A stretch of 28,226 bases of DNA from a virus. Lineage: Duplodnaviria; Caudoviricetes. Positions 26,572 through 28,226 of the stretch are shown here, piece after piece. The stretch covers positions 1 through 28,226 of the IMG/VR virus record IMGVR_UViG_3300014202_001550. One strand, 5' to 3'. Below the pieces are notes generated by a model. That model was not told where the DNA came from and did no database searches. It saw only the letters and a program-made list of their open reading frames with translations. Positions within the stretch are counted from its first letter, which is position 1, and the number at the start of each line of letters is the position of its first letter. The translations under genes and the position numbers were made by a program.

Positions 26572-26620
26572 AAAAAAATGGAGTGAGATAACAGTATAAA
26601 TACAGGAGTCTCACCCCATT
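26572..26620 (-). terminator. Intrinsic terminator with a large loop
   Basis: Minus AATGGGGTGAGA...TCTCACTCCATT followed by a U run. Confidence 0.65.
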
Positions 26621-26661
26621 GTAGTATTGCACTCATTACGAATATAGTAGATGAATGTTAA

Positions 26662-26928
26662 CTATTTATTAAATAATTTTTTTTCTACTTTATTTCTTAC
26701 TCCAACACTCATTTTCCAGTAATCTTCATACATTTCTAAGTCATTGATTGGAATAACTATTTTTTTCCTTTCTTGCATTCCACCTTGAAAAACAACTTCC
26801 TGCATAATGCATCTCAATAAATACAATTCTTCTCTTGTTAACTTTAAATGTTTAGTCATTTTTAATCTGTTTGCAAATCTTTCTTCCACCTCTTTTGCAT
26901 TAGATGGCATTTTAAATTTTGTTGTCAT
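26662..26928 (-). CDS. Hypothetical protein (88 aa)
   Basis: ORF track; promoter-like element upstream. Confidence 0.65.
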   Translation of the reverse strand: MTTKFKMPSNAKEVEERFANRLKMTKHLKLTREELYLLRCIMQEVVFQGGMQERKKIVIPINDLEMYEDYWKMSVGVRNKVEKKLFNK

Positions 26929-26953
26929 TTTGTATATTTATTTAATTTTCTAG

Positions 26954-26966
26954 TATACAAATTTAA
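26954..26966 (-). promoter_or_regulatory. Putative host-type promoter element TAAATTTG
   Basis: TTAAATTTGTATA about 25 nt upstream of ATG 26928. Confidence 0.45.
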
Positions 26967-27056
26967 AAAAATAGACCTTCTTGAACCATGTAAAATAAAA
27001 AGCCTCGTAAACTTATCCCTTGACAAAAATCACTTTCAAAACATTATTGTAAAAAT

Positions 27057-27084
27057 AAAAAACCCCGCTATTAACGAGGTTTTT
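27057..27084 (-). terminator. Intrinsic terminator downstream of the integrase
   Basis: Minus AAAAACCTCGT-TAATA-GCGGGGTTTTTT. Confidence 0.75.
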
Positions 27085-27113
27085 AAATTGATTCTATATA
27101 CTATATCTATTTT

Positions 27114-28226
27114 TTATAACCCAAAACTCATATTTCTCATATCATCTCTCATATCATTTACATTCAAATGACTATAACCCTGTGTGGTTTTGATACTAGA
27201 ATGACCCGCTAATTTTTGAACTTTGCTTATACTCATATTATTTCTAAGACAAGTGGTTATAAAGGTATGCCGTAACATATGGAAGCAACATTCAGAATTT
27301 AATTTTGCTAACTTCAAATAATGTTTAAATCTTCTGCTTACATATCCTGATGAATACTTACCGCCTCTTTGAGGATTCTCAAATAGATATTCTTCTACAT
27401 TACCTTTTCTATTAGCATATCTTTTTTCCACCAAAGCTAATAGCTCAGGTAACTCCATTGGGATATTGCGAATTTTCCTGGTCTTAGTTTTGAAATTTGC
27501 TTTATTTCTAATCTGAATAACTTTCTTATCAATAAGAATATCAGAGAACTGCAGGTTGGTAATTTCCGCCAAACGCAATCCAGTGTATAAGGCAAATTTT
27601 GTAAAATCCTGAAATGTAGGATCCATTAATTTTAATAACTTTGTTAATTCTTCAGGTTCATAACACAACTTTTCATTTTCTACTGTTTGAAGCATTTCAA
27701 TTCCTTTAAATGGATTAAACTTTAAATTGAGTTTTTTTAAAGATGGTTTTTCTAAAGCTAAATTGAATGCGGATTTTAATGCTCTAAGCTCTATGTTTAC
27801 TGTTGTAGGTGCTACAAATATTGGATTTTTGGGGTCTTTATTTACCTTATCTTCTTGTCTTAGTTCTTTATATAATTCTGCATCGTCAGCGGTTACATTA
27901 TTAGTTTCTTTATCACCTAAGTATTTAATAAGAAACCTTAAACTACGTTCATAAATTTTGTAAGTGCCTTTATCCCTATTCTTATTTACGTATTCTAAAA
28001 CCACTTCTTTAAATTCACTTAAGCATTTCGGAACTGGTTTATACTTTTCTACTTCAATAGTTTTCTTTTGCCTTTGATATTCAGTCCACATTTCATCACG
28101 CTTCTGGATCGTTAACTGCTTATCCTTATTCCATTCCTTGTTAGTAGTTTTGGTCCAATTACCAGTGATGGAATCTTTATACCAAATGTAATACTTTTGT
28201 TGTGGTTTGTTGAATGAATAGAACAT
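27114..28226 (-). CDS. int: Tyrosine integrase (may extend beyond the window edge)
   Basis: Catalytic R (TGLRLAE), K (KTK), HxxR (HMLRH), H (LAGH) and Y (TTQGY); SAM-like domain with TTVNIELRALKSAFN. Confidence 0.95.
   Translation of the reverse strand: MFYSFNKPQQKYYIWYKDSITGNWTKTTNKEWNKDKQLTIQKRDEMWTEYQRQKKTIEVEKYKPVPKCLSEFKEVVLEYVNKNRDKGTYKIYERSLRFLIKYLGDKETNNVTADDAELYKELRQEDKVNKDPKNPIFVAPTTVNIELRALKSAFNLALEKPSLKKLNLKFNPFKGIEMLQTVENEKLCYEPEELTKLLKLMDPTFQDFTKFALYTGLRLAEITNLQFSDILIDKKVIQIRNKANFKTKTRKIRNIPMELPELLALVEKRYANRKGNVEEYLFENPQRGGKYSSGYVSRRFKHYLKLAKLNSECCFHMLRHTFITTCLRNNMSISKVQKLAGHSSIKTTQGYSHLNVNDMRDDMRNMSFGL

Larger units (their letters stand above)
1..28226. mobile_element. Temperate siphovirus / prophage region (HK97-type head, non-contractile tail, tyrosine integrase); ends not determined
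   Basis: Portal, terminase, protease, capsid, tape measure, endolysin and integrase are all recognisable. No sheath gene and no host housekeeping genes are seen. Confidence 0.95.

Noticed and set aside
27020-27050. Plus-strand TTGACA promoter antisense to the integrase
   Set aside because: No good -10 element at canonical spacing, and it would run straight into a terminator.
27727-27954. 75-aa plus-strand ORF
   Set aside because: Antisense shadow within the integrase.
1-28226. CRISPR array, tRNA, DGR/retron, stop-codon recoding, att core duplication
   Set aside because: No regular repeat-spacer units, no cloverleaf and no reverse transcriptase were seen. Genes are full length in the standard code. 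I could not identify an attL/attR pair by eye.

Overview
AT-rich temperate siphovirus or prophage segment. A long minus-strand late operon (about 21.4 kb down to 2.5 kb) runs: HK97-type prohead protease, major capsid, head-tail connector, tail terminator, major tail protein, G/GT tail chaperones, tape measure, tail-tip and fibre genes, holin-like genes, TerS-TerL-portal, GH19 endolysin. The packaging genes therefore come after the tail genes and split the lysis cassette. The right arm carries a sigma-70-family factor, a wHTH protein, a SAM methyltransferase, a lipoprotein, small hypothetical genes and a tyrosine integrase. Standout observations: (1) a second, stand-alone copy of the terminase ATPase domain with substituted catalytic residues in Walker A, Walker B and the coupling motif, no nuclease domain, and its own upstream motif and terminator; (2) a ~400-nt hairpin-rich non-coding region with terminal direct repeats upstream of the head genes; (3) a symmetric ATATAACC repeat cluster at the end of the late operon; (4) a phage sigma factor lacking the usual promoter-melting aromatics, alongside a recurring AATATATAT motif. 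TAnnTTTG elements and D-S-hydrophobic motifs in the lipoprotein tentatively suggest an FCB-group host. All calls come from manual motif recognition; no searches were run.
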